Assembly (NCBI GenBank): GCA_964016885.1
Contig: OZ024743.1
Location: forward strand, 193,998,001-194,062,000
Source: Eledone cirrhosa
Lineage: Eukaryota
DNA: 64,000 nt
Direction of reading: 5' to 3'
Numbering within the stretch: the first letter of the stretch is position 1; each line of letters opens with the position of its first letter. Below, piece by piece: positions 19,090 to 31,897 of the stretch. The position numbers and the translations under genes are program-made. The notes under the pieces were generated by a model. It was not told where the DNA came from, searched no databases, and saw only the letters and a program-made list of their open reading frames with translations.

Positions 19090-19380
19090 ATAATTATCAA
19101 TAATATTAATAAATGGAAACTATATTTAAAAAACCATATTTATTTTATTATATATATTTCAAGGGTACTAAAAAAAACTTTGGTACGCACTCATCAGATA
19201 AAATAAAAATTTGTTTTATAAATAGTCACTATTTATAAAACAAATTTTTATTTTATCTGATGAGTGCGTACCAAAGTTTTTTTTAGTACCCTTGAAATAT
19301 ATATAATAAAATAAATATGGTTTTTTAAATATAGTTTCCATTTACACGATAAACCAGACCTTATCGGTTCAAGTTCAATT
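19090..19380. mobile_element. Fold-back of the family A pLTR; HHRs at 19141-19205 (-) and 19249-19313 (+)
   Basis: Palindrome with arms of about 117 bp centred at 19227; CTGATGA/GAAA cores on both arms. Confidence 0.85.
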
Positions 19381-19449
19381 AAATATCTCTTTGCTTATAT
19401 ATATATATATGTATATATATATATACATACTTATATATATATATGTATG

Positions 19450-19501
<52 letters not shown>

Positions 19502-19833
19502 ATATGGGATAGCAAGTTATCGTTATCCAGTTAGAGGTTGTGAGTACTCTGTATTGTTGGTAGTTTTAATGTACGGCGTTGTTTGACTCAACAAGATGTT
19601 TCCATATTTAGGTAGCGAGTTTGCGAGAATTCCCATGCAGGTTATACTTGGAGTAATAATAGTGAAAGATTGAAGAATATCATGGTCGGCTGTACAAAAA
19701 TGGTTTTATTTCAGGTATTAACAATTGTTTCATTGATCAGGTGACTCTAAATGCCGCTAATCACTCGAAGTTGCGTCCCTCGACATTAAATACAGTGTTC
19801 ACTTCTGATCAAATCATGCTATTTTTCAATCTT

Positions 19834-19881
<48 letters not shown>

Positions 19882-19995
19882 GGAGGTGAGTTTTATTGTA
19901 GTACAATAAAGCAATGCAGATATCGGATAAGAAGCACTCTACAGTATGTAGGACTGGAGTATACATGATATATAAGAACAAAAGATGGTTAAAAG

Positions 19996-20371
19996 AGTTC
20001 AAAATAAAGATACCAGTTAAATTAGTCAATTGGGATGAATCGGATGCTCCCATTGTGATGTCGAAGTTGTTAGAGGTATCGGCTCTGGTCCAATATTCGT
20101 TGTTGAACTCTAGGATGGTTTTACGTGCGGTGAGAATGATGTGAAGTTCATCTGTGGTGATGTCAGAATATTTAAGTGAGAAAGATAGAGCATTATTGAG
20201 AAGTGAAGGCGAAATGGAGGAATAGTAGTTGGCAATATCAAATTGAACAAATTTTAGTTTGTTTTTATTATTCAATTTGTTGAACCAGCTAATCACTTCA
20301 GAAGTACCAAACCATAAATTGAGGTTCAAAGAAGAGCAATTAGAACGAACCTGTGGGATAATTCTATCCAA
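19996..20371 (-). pseudogene. Inverted upstream part of the PLE reverse transcriptase (motifs 3-4)
   Basis: FVQFDIANYYSSIS...NFDITMGASDSSQLT; overlaps in sequence with the start of the plus-strand ORF. Confidence 0.85.
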
Positions 20372-20391
20372 GATGCAACTTCGACATCACA

Positions 20392-21807
20392 ATGGGAGCA
20401 TCCGATTCATCCCAATTGACTGATTTAATTGGTATCTTTATTTTGAACTCTTTGAGTCGGAAAATTCCTCAACTTCGCGGTGGAATTTATCGTGACGATG
20501 GACTCTTTACTATCTTAAATTGCAATATAGTTAACCTTAATATTATTAAGAACAATATACGTAATCTCTTTAACCAACATAACCTAAAAATTGAATTTGA
20601 TAACAGTATCAAACTAGCTAATTTCTTGGATGTATCTCTTAATCTTGACACTGGCCTATATTACCCTTACCATAAAAACAATGAGAACCTAAATTATGTT
20701 AACTTTAAATCTAACCATCCTACTAATATCAAGAATGCTATAGTTAGTAATATTGGAAACAGAATATCTAACATATCTTCTAATAAAAACATCTTTGATG
20801 CTAACGCCAATTACTATAATAACGCGCTTTCTAAAGCCGGCTATCCTGATAAAATCAAATATAGTAAAGAAACAAATTCTAGAAGAAATTACAGTAGAAT
20901 AATTAATCATGATCATTCCAATAACTTTCATAAAAGACCTAGATACAAAAACATAATCTGGTATAATGCTCCTTTCTCCATCTCTATTAATAACAATATT
21001 CCTAAATTATTCTTTAGTGCCTTAAATAAATGCTTCCCTCCCTCACATATCTATAGTAAAATATTTAACAAACATACCATAAAATTTTCTTATTCTACAT
21101 CATCCAACATTTCCAACATTATCTCTAAACACAACAATAAAATACTAAATACTAAATCTCTTCCTTCCAACACTGAATTTCATAATAATAGTACTCCCGA
21201 CGTCATTGTAAACCCTAGGCTAATTTCTGCAAACCCAAATACAACGTCAAACACAACTTCGCTAAATGTTCATAATCCCATTCTAAATCAAGAAACTATT
21301 ATTCCTATCGCAAACAACTTCTCCAATCCAATTCCTTCTATAGATAACACTAGGTCACTCATTAATAATCTCTCTAATTGCAATTGCCCTATTAAAAATA
21401 AATGTCCTCTCAACAACCATTGTCTTGATAAAAACTTAATTTACGAATGTAAAGTTATAACTGACACCAATTCCTTCACCTATTTTGGCTCCACTTCCAC
21501 CTCTTTTAAAGCTCGTCTTTATAACCATCATTCGTCTTTTAAATACAAACTTAAAAGAACCAACACGGCTCTCTCAGAACTCATATGGTCCTTGAAATAC
21601 AAAAACATTAAATATAGCATCTTTTGGAAGAAGGTTTCTTCGGCGTCTCCATACTTGAACAGTTCTCTATCTAAAATCTGCAATCTCTGTCTAAATGAAA
21701 AATTTACCATTATCTCTAATCGAGATTCTATAATAAATAGACGCACTGACTTGTTTTCTATCTGCTTACATAAATTCCATAAAACATTTCACAAAGTATA
21801 CAGCTAA
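20392..21807 (+). pseudogene. PLE RT (C-terminal half) + GIY-YIG endonuclease; 5'-truncated but stop-free
   Basis: MGASDS, IYRDDGL, NFLDVSLNL, SNHP, CNCPIKNKCPL, LIYECKV..YFGST..FKARLYNH, CNLCLNEK. Confidence 0.9.
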
Positions 21808-22772
21808 TATTCAATTCTTTATCAATTTAGAATCTTTTTCTCAAAGGCACATATATATACACTTCTTTTAAAAATATACCCATCTTTCTACCTTATATCA
21901 AAGGTTATTATACATTCTATAATACTTGTTTACTCATTACTCTTACTCTATATCACCTTGTAAAAATCCTCCGTAAACATATACATTTTTTTGACGCTAG
22001 ATTATTCATCCTCAATTCATTATTCTTTTCTCCCTATCATCTAACTCATTATTCTCAATACATATTAACATTTTCTTTTTTCTTCGCACATATTATCAAA
22101 TCCTTCAATATACAAACCTTAACTTTACATTATTTTTCTCTTCGTTAATTTTCAAATTCTATAATACTTGTTTACTCTTTCTACATCACCCATATTTATC
22201 ACTTCCTTTTCTTCTCTTCTAATATCTAACCCCTAATCTGTACCTTTTCTCACTCTTGCCTAACATAGAATCAATTATTACATAATACAACACATTCTTA
22301 CTCTATATCACCTTGTAAAAATCCTTCGTAAACATATACATTTTTTTGACGTTAAATTATTCATCCTCAATTCATTATTCTTTCCTCCCTATCATCTAAC
22401 TCATTATTCTCAATACATATTAACTCCTTCTTTTTCTTCGCACATATTTTTCTCTTCGTTAATTTTCAAATTCTTTTAATTTATACATTATCTTCCAACG
22501 GTTTTCAACCTCTCTATGTAAAACAATATATCTTTCTCAGTTATAAAAACTATCTCTCTCTCTATCACCCATCTCTCCTCCTATCTCATCCTTCCTCATT
22601 ATACTCCTCCCTCTCCACCTACACTCTCATCTCCTTCTTTTTTTTCACCCCCCCCCCCTCTAAATAAAATATTTTTTCCAATATCACACATCAATCTAAA
22701 ACTACTTCTCATATGTTGATTTAAAACTGAACTATCCACAAGTGTTTTTTAACCTTCATATCATGTCCTCCT

Positions 22773-22841
22773 GTTTTATCTGATGAAAACACAAATATTA
22801 TTGCATGATGATATTTGTTTTTGAAATGCGCATAATAAAAT
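22773..22841 (+). ncRNA. Type I hammerhead in the Naiad-like pLTR
   Basis: gttttat CTGATGA aaacacaaatattatt..gatgatatttgtttt GAAA tgcgc ATA ataaaat. Confidence 0.8.
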
Positions 22842-22870
22842 ACATGGAACTCTTTTAACCATCTTTTGTT

Positions 22871-22922
<52 letters not shown>

Positions 22923-22929
<7 letters not shown>

Positions 22930-23522
22930 GATATAAATATTCCAGTAGGTACTAAGCACCCACGGAAATATACATGGTGTCTATAAGAGTTGTTGTTCAA
23001 TGGTACTAATTTGAGATACCAGAACTATAAAAATGAGCGGAACAAGCAAACATTAAACAATCTTTTAAATAAATTAAAATACGATTTAAATATTCAGCTG
23101 TTCTAGTGCTGTGACCGACGGTTTACGAGAATTTCCACTGGAAAGAATCAGCTCTTCAGACAGCTCTTTCCCTACCACAGGGCACAAAGCCTCGTAGCTA
23201 GTAAATATATTCTGCTCGATACATGAGGTCAGGCCGTTAAAGTGACCCACACATAAATAGGCCGTAAGAAAAAGCGGGAATTATAGACTTGTTGATATTT
23301 CATGCTACTAAAAATAGCAGCACAATACAATATTTGTTTCTCTACATAGAAGGAGAATACATATAAATGATATAAATATCCCAGTAGGTACTAAGTACCC
23401 ACGGAAATATACATGGTGTCTATACCAGTCGTTGTTCAATGGTACTAATTTGAGATACCAGAACTATAAAAATGAGCGGTACAAGCAAAAATTAAACAAT
23501 CTTTTAAATAAATTAAAATACG
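22923..23522 (-). mobile_element. Retrozyme-like element, 439-bp unit, about 1.4 copies; HHR-like motif at 23108-23165
   Basis: Direct repeat with period 439; gctgt CTGAAGA ... GTAAA c cgtcg GTC acagc on the minus strand. Confidence 0.7.
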
Positions 23523-23809
23523 GGTTAGCAACGGCCAAATGAGCATTAGACATTTGTTCGTTATTTCACCAACATCAATCTATTTCCAAAATAAGGTCTA
23601 TCTCTCATCCGGTCAAGTTGTCGCGTGCATTCATGCATGGAAGACTGTCTGCCTGTCTTCCACTGCCATATTTGCTTGAAGCGTTCGGTAGACAATAAGT
23701 CATACTTAGGATTCGCTGTTTTTGACAGGTAGTAAGTAGGGACGGTAACAGTTTGGACATGAAAGACAAGCCAAATACGGACTTACACACGTTTCTCTGG
23801 CACGCATGT

Positions 23810-23894
23810 ACTCATACAGATCTCTACATATACTTATATACACACATATACATACTCGTATACACATACATACACACACATACATACACATACC

Positions 23895-23960
<66 letters not shown>

Positions 23961-23974
23961 CACACACATACATG

Positions 23975-24039
<65 letters not shown>

Positions 24040-24067
24040 ATGCATACATATACACACACACACACAC

Positions 24068-24132
<65 letters not shown>

Positions 24133-24311
24133 AATATATATATACATATATACATCCACGCACATACCTATACAAAAATATGTAAATATACATAGGTGCT
24201 CGGACAAATACTCATACAGACAAGCACCCATACGTATACTAACTAACACATACAATACCTACATATCTGGCACCCACAACCACCCGTATATTCATACGTA
24301 CACTTTCATAT

Positions 24312-24403
<92 letters not shown>

Positions 24404-24570
24404 GTATATATACACATACATATTCATGTATACGTACCCACATACACACATTTATATATACACATACACCCACATATATATACCTATACACATATATATA
24501 CACATACGCATACACACACATACACACACACACACATATATACACACATATATATATATATACATATACA
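23810..24570. repeat. (CA)n/(TA)n compound microsatellite
   Basis: Visible simple repeats. Confidence 0.9.
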
Positions 24571-25182
24571 TGGTGGCTGCCAACTCGTTTTCGAGTACGG
24601 CCACTACTTTATATCCATGTAGGAGAACCCCTACCGATGCGCTGAACGAGTGTGACTTTTTAGTCCAGCCAGCGACTTGAAAACTCTGGTACAAACACTA
24701 CACTTGTGACAATTACTGACACATAGTGCTGGGCCCATGGTACCATGTGACGACAAGTGCAGAGAGATCTCCAGATATAAAGCAATGCCTGTGCGGTGAA
24801 GCTTTTATAGTGAGCAAAGGCACTGCACAAAGCCAGTCCCACTCTCTTAACCAAGATGATATTTACCAAAAAGAAGAACAAGTCAACATCATTGGATACC
24901 ATCAGGGTTGCAGGTGTTATATCAGAGTTTTCCTTCTCCTAGAATTCTGCCTTGACAAAGGCTAAGGGGTCATCTCTCCCGGTGATTTTGGATGGCCATT
25001 GACTCTTAAGAGCTCCTTTGCCCTTTGACAGGTTTTGTTTTTAGTCCTGCAGGATGTCCAAAGTCACCCTCCTCACCAAGAAACCTTGGTGGGGTTGCCA
25101 GTTTAGTCGCCAACGACCCGACCATGGGACAGGTTGTACTGGGATACATGTTACCAGTAGCACCAACTGGTGACCTGACATA
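24570..25182 (-). mobile_element. RTE-type non-LTR element 5' region or derivative
   Basis: Homologous to 42626-43148; contains tctaggagaaggaaaactctga, recalled as typical of RTE 5' regions. Confidence 0.55.
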
Positions 25183-25478
25183 GGGAACGGTTCGTTTTCT
25201 AGGCGGGACGCCGCTCTGCGACCTGCGGACACCGCGCGCCATCCAGCCTGACGGGAACGGGTCGCGACGACGGATCGAAGGGGAAGTGCGTCCGATGCCG
25301 GCACCCCGCGAATCGTAACGCCGGCGAGGCGGTCGGCGGTCGACTCGTCGAAACGAGAGACCGCCGCCGACGCGATCGCCGACGACGACGGCGCCTTAAA
25401 ACAGCAGCGGACTGAGTCCCCTCGCGATCGCGGTGAATACTATAAGAATAAAGGAACGAAGAGTCAGTGTTGCATCAT

Positions 25479-25482
<4 letters not shown>
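25183..25482 (+). mobile_element. GC/CpG-rich LTR-like fragment ending AATAAA...TAACA at (TA)n
   Basis: Abrupt GC-rich island; the terminal 45 bp is repeated inverted at 25551-25596. Confidence 0.4.
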
Positions 25483-25554
<72 letters not shown>

Positions 25555-25674
25555 ATGATGCAACACTGACTCTTCGTTCCTTTATTCTTATAGTATTATA
25601 CTCTGCTCTGCGCGAGCATCGAGTGCTCACCCGGCATACCGCCTATGGACACAATTTTCTTGCACCTATACACC

Positions 25675-25744
<70 letters not shown>

Positions 25745-25746
<2 letters not shown>

Positions 25747-25942
25747 ACAAACAAATTGTGGTAAGGAACCAGATGGACCATAACGCACCAGAGTACTCAA
25801 TATTTAGAGTAGTAGAGTGGGAAATAGGAAAAAGTATGACCCCGACGTCAGAGCTCAAGCCGTTTCGACGGCTATTTCTGGAGTCCAGAAATAGCCGTCG
25901 AAACGGCTTGAGCTCTGCCGTCGGGGTCATACTTTTTCCTAT
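25745..25942. mobile_element. Fold-back fragment of HHR family C (3' half of the ribozyme duplicated)
   Basis: Palindrome centred at 25883; the arms carry gccgtc GAAA cggcttgagctc..GTC ggggtc. Confidence 0.75.
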
Positions 25943-25948
25943 ATATGT

Positions 25949-26034
<86 letters not shown>

Positions 26035-26040
<6 letters not shown>

Positions 26041-26600
26041 AATTAGTATATCTACCAACATATATATATACAGATGCATACCTATGCTAGCAAATATATA
26101 GGTTTTGTCTTAGTAACTTTGTGGTTTAATGCAAGGGGATGCAGAACAATTATATGAAAGACGTAAAATAAGAAAATTATAAAAATTAACTTACTTACTA
26201 AAATTTTACTCCAACTAATTACTTTCTGAAAGAGAATAAACATGGTTTCCGAATGGAACAACGTGGAGAATACCTTTCGTCATCTGGAAGTCAATTCTCA
26301 GCTAAGTTCCCAGGCAATGCGTGGCCACAGGGAACTTATACAAAAATAATTCAGTGGATGGAAAAAAGCAAGCGAGGACTAAATTCCAAGACATTGAAAA
26401 GATCCCTGCCTACATGGTCGGTGGCAAATTCAAAAGAATCAATCACGTGACATCGAGGTTAATCAGTGAGGAGTGGGGTGTTAAGAAGACAGTAGCCGAA
26501 CTATTACTATGAACTATAGTAGTAGTTTTGGCAAATTTTTGCTCAACAAAATAATTTGGAGATAATTATAAAGAATTAGTATATCTACCAACATATATAT
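26035..26600 (-). mobile_element. Old terminally redundant element (533-bp unit) with degenerate HHR at 26238-26290
   Basis: taaagaattagtatatctaccaaca repeated at period 533; CAGATGA cgaa..ttcg GAAA ccatg on the minus strand. Confidence 0.5.
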
Positions 26601-26727
26601 ATATGAATATAGACATAGAATATTCGAAAATATTCTGTATGTTTATAATAAACATTTTGAAGACCTAATCGCTATAGAATAGAATACGTCACGTATTACA
26701 ATTAGATTCTCGGTAAAAGCAAGGGAA

Positions 26728-26770
26728 GTAATCTACGCGTTTCATTCTTATTAGAAATCTTCAGGACTAC
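26728..26770 (-). ncRNA. Type I hammerhead (first of 8 minus-strand copies, spaced 310 bp)
   Basis: gtagtc CTGAAGA tttct aata agaat GAAA c gc GTA gattac. Confidence 0.88.
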
Positions 26771-29389
26771 ATATCCAGTGCTTTTATCGAGAATGACACA
26801 GCTAGAGACTTATAGAATACTTAGCTGTGTACAGAAACTGGTTTGAAAGAGCGGTTGCCGGTCCGGCAGAAATTAGAAATTGGAATAAATGCTCTGAAAT
26901 AGCGATATATATGTGAATATAGACATAGAATATTCGAAAATATTCTGTATGTTTATAATAAACATTTTGAAGACCTAATCGCTATAGAATAGAATACGTC
27001 ACGTATTACAATTAGATTCTCGATAAAAGCAAGGGAAGTAATCTACGCGTTTCATTCTTATTAGAAATCTTCAGGACTACATATCCAGTGCTTTTATCGA
27101 GAATGACACAGCTAGAGACTTATAGAATACTTAGCTGTGTACAGAAACTGGTTTGAAAGAGCGGTTGCCGGTCCGGCAGAAATTAGAAATAGGAATAAAT
27201 GCTCTGAAATAGCGATATATATGTGAATATAGACATAGAATATTCGAAAATATTCTGTATGTTTATAATAAACATTTTGAAGACCTAATCGCTATAGAAT
27301 AGAATACGTCACGTATTACAATTAGATTCTCGATAAAAGCAAGGGAAGTAATCTACGCGTTTCATTCTTATTAGAAATCTTCAGGACTACATATCCAGTG
27401 CTTTTATCGAGAATGACACAGCTAGAGACTTATAGAATACTTAGCTGTGTACAGAAACTGGTTTGAAAGAGCGGTTGCCGGTCCGGCAGAAATTAGAAAT
27501 TGGAATAAATGCTCTGAAATAGCGATATATATGTGAATATAGACATAGAATATTCGAAAATATTCTGTATGTTTATAATAAACATTTTGAAGACCTAATC
27601 GCTATAGAATAGAATACGTCACGTATTACAATTAGATTCTCGATAAAAGCAGGGGAAGTAATCTACGCGTTTCATTCTTATTAGAAATCTTCAGGACTAC
27701 ATATCCAGTGCTTTTATCGAGAATGACACAGCTAGAGACTTATAGAATACTTAGCTGTGTACAGAAACTGGTTTGAAAGAGCGGTTGCCGGTCCGGCAGA
27801 AATTAGAAATTGGAATAAATGCTCTGAAATAGCGATATATATGTGAATATAGACATAGAATATTCGAAAATATTCTGTATGTTTATAATAAACATTTTGA
27901 AGACCTAATCGCTATAGAATAGAATACGTCACGTATTACAATTAGATTCTCGATAAAAGCAAGGGAAGTAATCTACGCGTTTCATTCTTATTAGAAATCT
28001 TCAGGACTACATATCCAGTGCTTTTATCGAGAATGACACAGCTAGAGACTTATAGAATACTTAGCTGTGTACAGAAACTGGTTTGAAAGAGCGGTTGCCG
28101 GTCCGGCAGAAATTAGAAATTGGAATAAATGCTCTGAAATAGCGATATATATGTGAATATAGACATAGAATATTCGAAAATATTCTGTATGTTTATAATA
28201 AACATTTTGAAGACCTAATCGCTATAGAATAGAATACGTCACGTATTACAATTAGATTCTCGATAAAAGCAAGGGAAGTAATCTACGCGTTTCATTCTTA
28301 TTAGAAATCTTCAGGACTACATATCCAGTGCTTTTATCGAGAATGACACAGCTAGAGACTTATAGAATACTTAGCTGTGTACAGAAACTGGTTTGAAAGA
28401 GCGGTTGCCGGTCCGGCAGAAATTAGAAATTGGAATAAATGCTCTGAAATAGCGATATATATGTGAATATAGACATAGAATATTCGAAAATATTCTGTAT
28501 GTTTATAATAAACATTTTGAAGACCTAATCGCTATAGAATAGAATACGTCACGTATTACAATTAGATTCTCGATAAAAGCAAGGGAAGTAATCTACGCGT
28601 TTCATTCTTATTAGAAATCTTCAGGACTACATATCCAGTGCTTTTATCGAGAATGACACAGCTAGAGACTTATAGAATACTTAGCTGTGTACAGAAACTG
28701 GTTTGAAAGAGCGGTTGCCGGTCCGGCAGAAATTAGAAATTGGAATAAATGCTCTGAAATAGCGATATATATGTGAATATAGACATAGAATATTCGAAAA
28801 TATTCTGTATGTTTATAATAAACATTTTGAAGACCTAATCGCTATAGAATAGAATACGTCACGTATTACAATTAGATTCTCGATAAAAGCAAGGGAAGTA
28901 ATCTACGCGTTTCATTCTTATTAGAAATCTTCAGGACTACATATCCAGTGCTTTTATCGAGAATGACACAGCTAGAGACTTATAGAATACTTAGCTGTGT
29001 ACAGAAACTGGTTTGAAAGAGCGGTTGCCGGTCCGGCAGAAATTAGAAATTGGAATAAATGCTCTGAAATAGCGATATATATGTGAATATAGACATAGAA
29101 TATTCGAAAATATTCTGTATGTTTATAATAAACATTTTGAAGACCTAATCGCTATAGAATAGAATCGCTATTCTATAGCGATTAGGTCTTCAAAATGTTT
29201 ATTATAAACATACAGAATATTTTCGAATATTCTATGTCTATATTCACATATATATCGCTATTTCAGAGCATTTATTCCAATTTCTAATTTCTGCCGGACC
29301 GGCAACCGCTCTTTCAAACCAGTTTCTGTACACAGCTAAGTATTCTATAAGTCTCTAGCTGTGTCATTCTCGATAAAAGCACTGGATAT

Positions 29390-29432
29390 GTAGTCCTGAA
29401 GATTTCTAATAAGAATGAAACGCGTAGATTAC
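29390..29432 (+). ncRNA. Type I hammerhead (first of 5 plus-strand copies, spaced 310 bp)
   Basis: gtagtc CTGAAGA tttctaataagaat GAAA cgc GTA gattac. Confidence 0.88.
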
Positions 29433-30829
29433 TTCCCTTGCTTTTATCGAGAATCTAATTGTAATACGTGACGTATTCTATTCTATAGCGATTAGGTCTT
29501 CAAAATGTTTATTATAAACATACAGAATATTTTCGAATATTCTATGTCTATATTCACATATATATCGCTATTTCAGAGCATTTATTCCAATTTCTAATTT
29601 CTGCCGGACCGGCAACCGCTCTTTCAAACCAGTTTCTGTACACAGCTAAGTATTCTATAAGTCTCTAGCTGTGTCATTCTCGATAAAAGCACTGGATATG
29701 TAGTCCTGAAGATTTCTAATAAGAATGAAACGCGTAGATTACTTCCCTTGCTTTTATCGAGAATCTAATTGTAATACGTGACGTATTCTATTCTATAGCG
29801 ATTAGGTCTTCAAAATGTTTATTATAAACATACAGAATATTTTCGAATATTCTATGTCTATATTCACATATATATCGCTATTTCAGAGCATTTATTCCAA
29901 TTTCTAATTTCTGCCGGACCGGCAACCGCTCTTTCAAACCAGTTTCTGTACACAGCTAAGTATTCTATAAGTCTCTAGCTGTGTCATTCTCGATAAAAGC
30001 ACTGGATATGTAGTCCTGAAGATTTCTAATAAGAATGAAACGCGTAGATTACTTCCCTTGCTTTTATCGAGAATCTAATTGTAATACGTGACGTATTCTA
30101 TTCTATAGCGATTAGGTCTTCAAAATGTTTATTATAAACATACAGAATATTTTCGAATATTCTATGTCTATATTCACATATATATCGCTATTTCAGAGCA
30201 TTTATTCCAATTTCTAATTTCTGCCGGACCGGCAACCGCTCTTTCAAACCAGTTTCTGTACACAGCTAAGTATTCTATAAGTCTCTAGCTGTGTCATTCT
30301 CGATAAAAGCACTGGATATGTAGTCCTGAAGATTTCTAATAAGAATGAAACGCGTAGATTACTTCCCTTGCTTTTATCGAGAATCTAATTGTAATACGTG
30401 ACGTATTCTATTCTATAGCGATTAGGTCTTCAAAATGTTTATTATAAACATACAGAATATTTTCGAATATTCTATGTCTATATTCACATATATATCGCTA
30501 TTTCAGAGCATTTATTCCAATTTCTAATTTCTGCCGGACCGGCAACCGCTCTTTCAAACCAGTTTCTGTACACAGCTAAGTATTCTATAAGTCTCTAGCT
30601 GTGTCATTCTCGATAAAAGCACTGGATATGTAGTCCTGAAGATTTCTAATAAGAATGAAACGCGTAGATTACTTCCCTTGCTTTTATCGAGAATCTAATT
30701 GTAATACGTGACGTATTCTATTCTATAGCGATTAGGTCTTCAAAATGTTTATTATAAACATACAGAATATTTTCGAATATTCTATGTCTATATTCACATA
30801 TATATCGCTATTTCAGAGCATTTATTCCA

Positions 30830-30861
<32 letters not shown>

Positions 30862-30864
<3 letters not shown>

Positions 30865-31423
30865 AACAAGTAAGACCCCGACCGCTGAGCTCAAGCCGTT
30901 TCGACGGCTAATTCTGGACTGAATGAAAATTTATTCTGGTATTTAAATAGCCGAGCTCATCAAGGGGTAATTCCATATATGGTCAAAGAGATAATCACCA
31001 GGATTGGTCACATCACAAGTTAGTAGTAAATCTGTGATGGCAAAATGGTGGGGGAAGGGGTAGCTGAACCTGCCGGTAGGAGTAAAAGGGAGAGGGGGTG
31101 GAGTAGACCCATTCATGCGTTGGTATTGCCGGCTACAGCTGGGTGTGAGGTCAAAGAAGATTCTGGGGAGGGGGAGGGGGAGGAAGTCGAAACGGTAAGT
31201 AGAACAATGAGGGTAAAACTATAAAAGTACTGAGAGAGAAAAAAAAAATAAGCAAAGTGATCGCGCCAAGAATACATAAAAAATGGGTAAGAATCGTGAC
31301 GTAGCAGCGGTCAGGTTACAAAGAATATGATTAGTTGCTTACGGCTGATGGCCTTTTGCTAGAAAGCGCAGCACAATACAGCCAAAATTGTATCTCAACC
31401 TAAGGGAGATATTATATATAAAG

Positions 31424-31464
<41 letters not shown>

Positions 31465-31590
31465 TGTTTTGCAACGGGTCACTCTGTGGCTCAATGAAGA
31501 GTTAATAAATTAAATAATCAGAGCTATATATCATAAAACATGTCTATAGAATCACCAGATAAAATGATTCTATAGACATCTTTTATGATA
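30862..31590 (-). mobile_element. HHR family C element; distal half homologous to the 664-bp unit
   Basis: HHR at 30875-30968; gttgcttacggc..gctagaaagcgcagc..tctcaacct..atgaaga.ttaataaattaaa.aatcagagc shared with the 664-bp unit. Confidence 0.75.
30875..30968 (-). ncRNA. Type I hammerhead with extended helices II and III (U3 variant)
   Basis: acccc TTGATGA gctcggcta...tagccgtc GAAA cggcttgagctcagcg GTC ggggt. Confidence 0.65.
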
Positions 31591-31675
<85 letters not shown>

Positions 31676-31859
31676 CGAAGGAAATGTGGTAAGGAACCAG
31701 GTGGACCATAACGCACCAAACTACTCAATACTTGAGGTAGTAGAGTGGGTAATAGGAACCAGTAAGACCCCGACAGCTGAGCTCAAGCCGTTTCGACGGC
31801 TAATTCTGAGAATTAGCCGTCGAAACGGCTTGAGCTCAGCTGTCGGGGTCTTACTGGTT

Positions 31860-31862
<3 letters not shown>
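31676..31862. mobile_element. Second fold-back fragment of HHR family C
   Basis: Palindrome centred at 31808; homologous to 25745-25942. Confidence 0.75.
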
Positions 31863-31895
<33 letters not shown>

Positions 31896-31897
31896 AA

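Larger units (their letters stand above)
19970..22875 (+). mobile_element. 5'-truncated/inverted Penelope-like element, Naiad-like
   Basis: RT + GIY-YIG ORF, inverted upstream RT segment, long 3'UTR, HHR pLTR ending in (TA)n; clade assignment is from recalled motifs (YRDDG, IIWYNxPFS, CNC..CPL). Confidence 0.85.
26600..30832. mobile_element. 310-bp retrozyme-like array 1: about 8.3 copies (HHR on -), inversion at about 29165, about 5.4 copies (HHR on +)
   Basis: Exact period 310; near-identical units; 13 hammerheads; (TA) at both ends. Confidence 0.92.

Noticed and set aside
23706-24694. YI/CV/HT-rich ORFs here and throughout the window
   Set aside because: They are translations of (TA)n, (CA)n, (GA)n and (CTAT)n microsatellites
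26845-26880. Twister-like motif gagcggttgccggtccggc in the 310-bp unit
   Set aside because: Lacks the CAAGCCC and GAG(G) segments and the pseudoknots of twister; resemblance is superficial
26600-30832. CRISPR array or ordinary satellite
   Set aside because: Units are identical along their whole length (no unique spacers), there are no cas genes, the context is eukaryotic, and each unit holds a hammerhead
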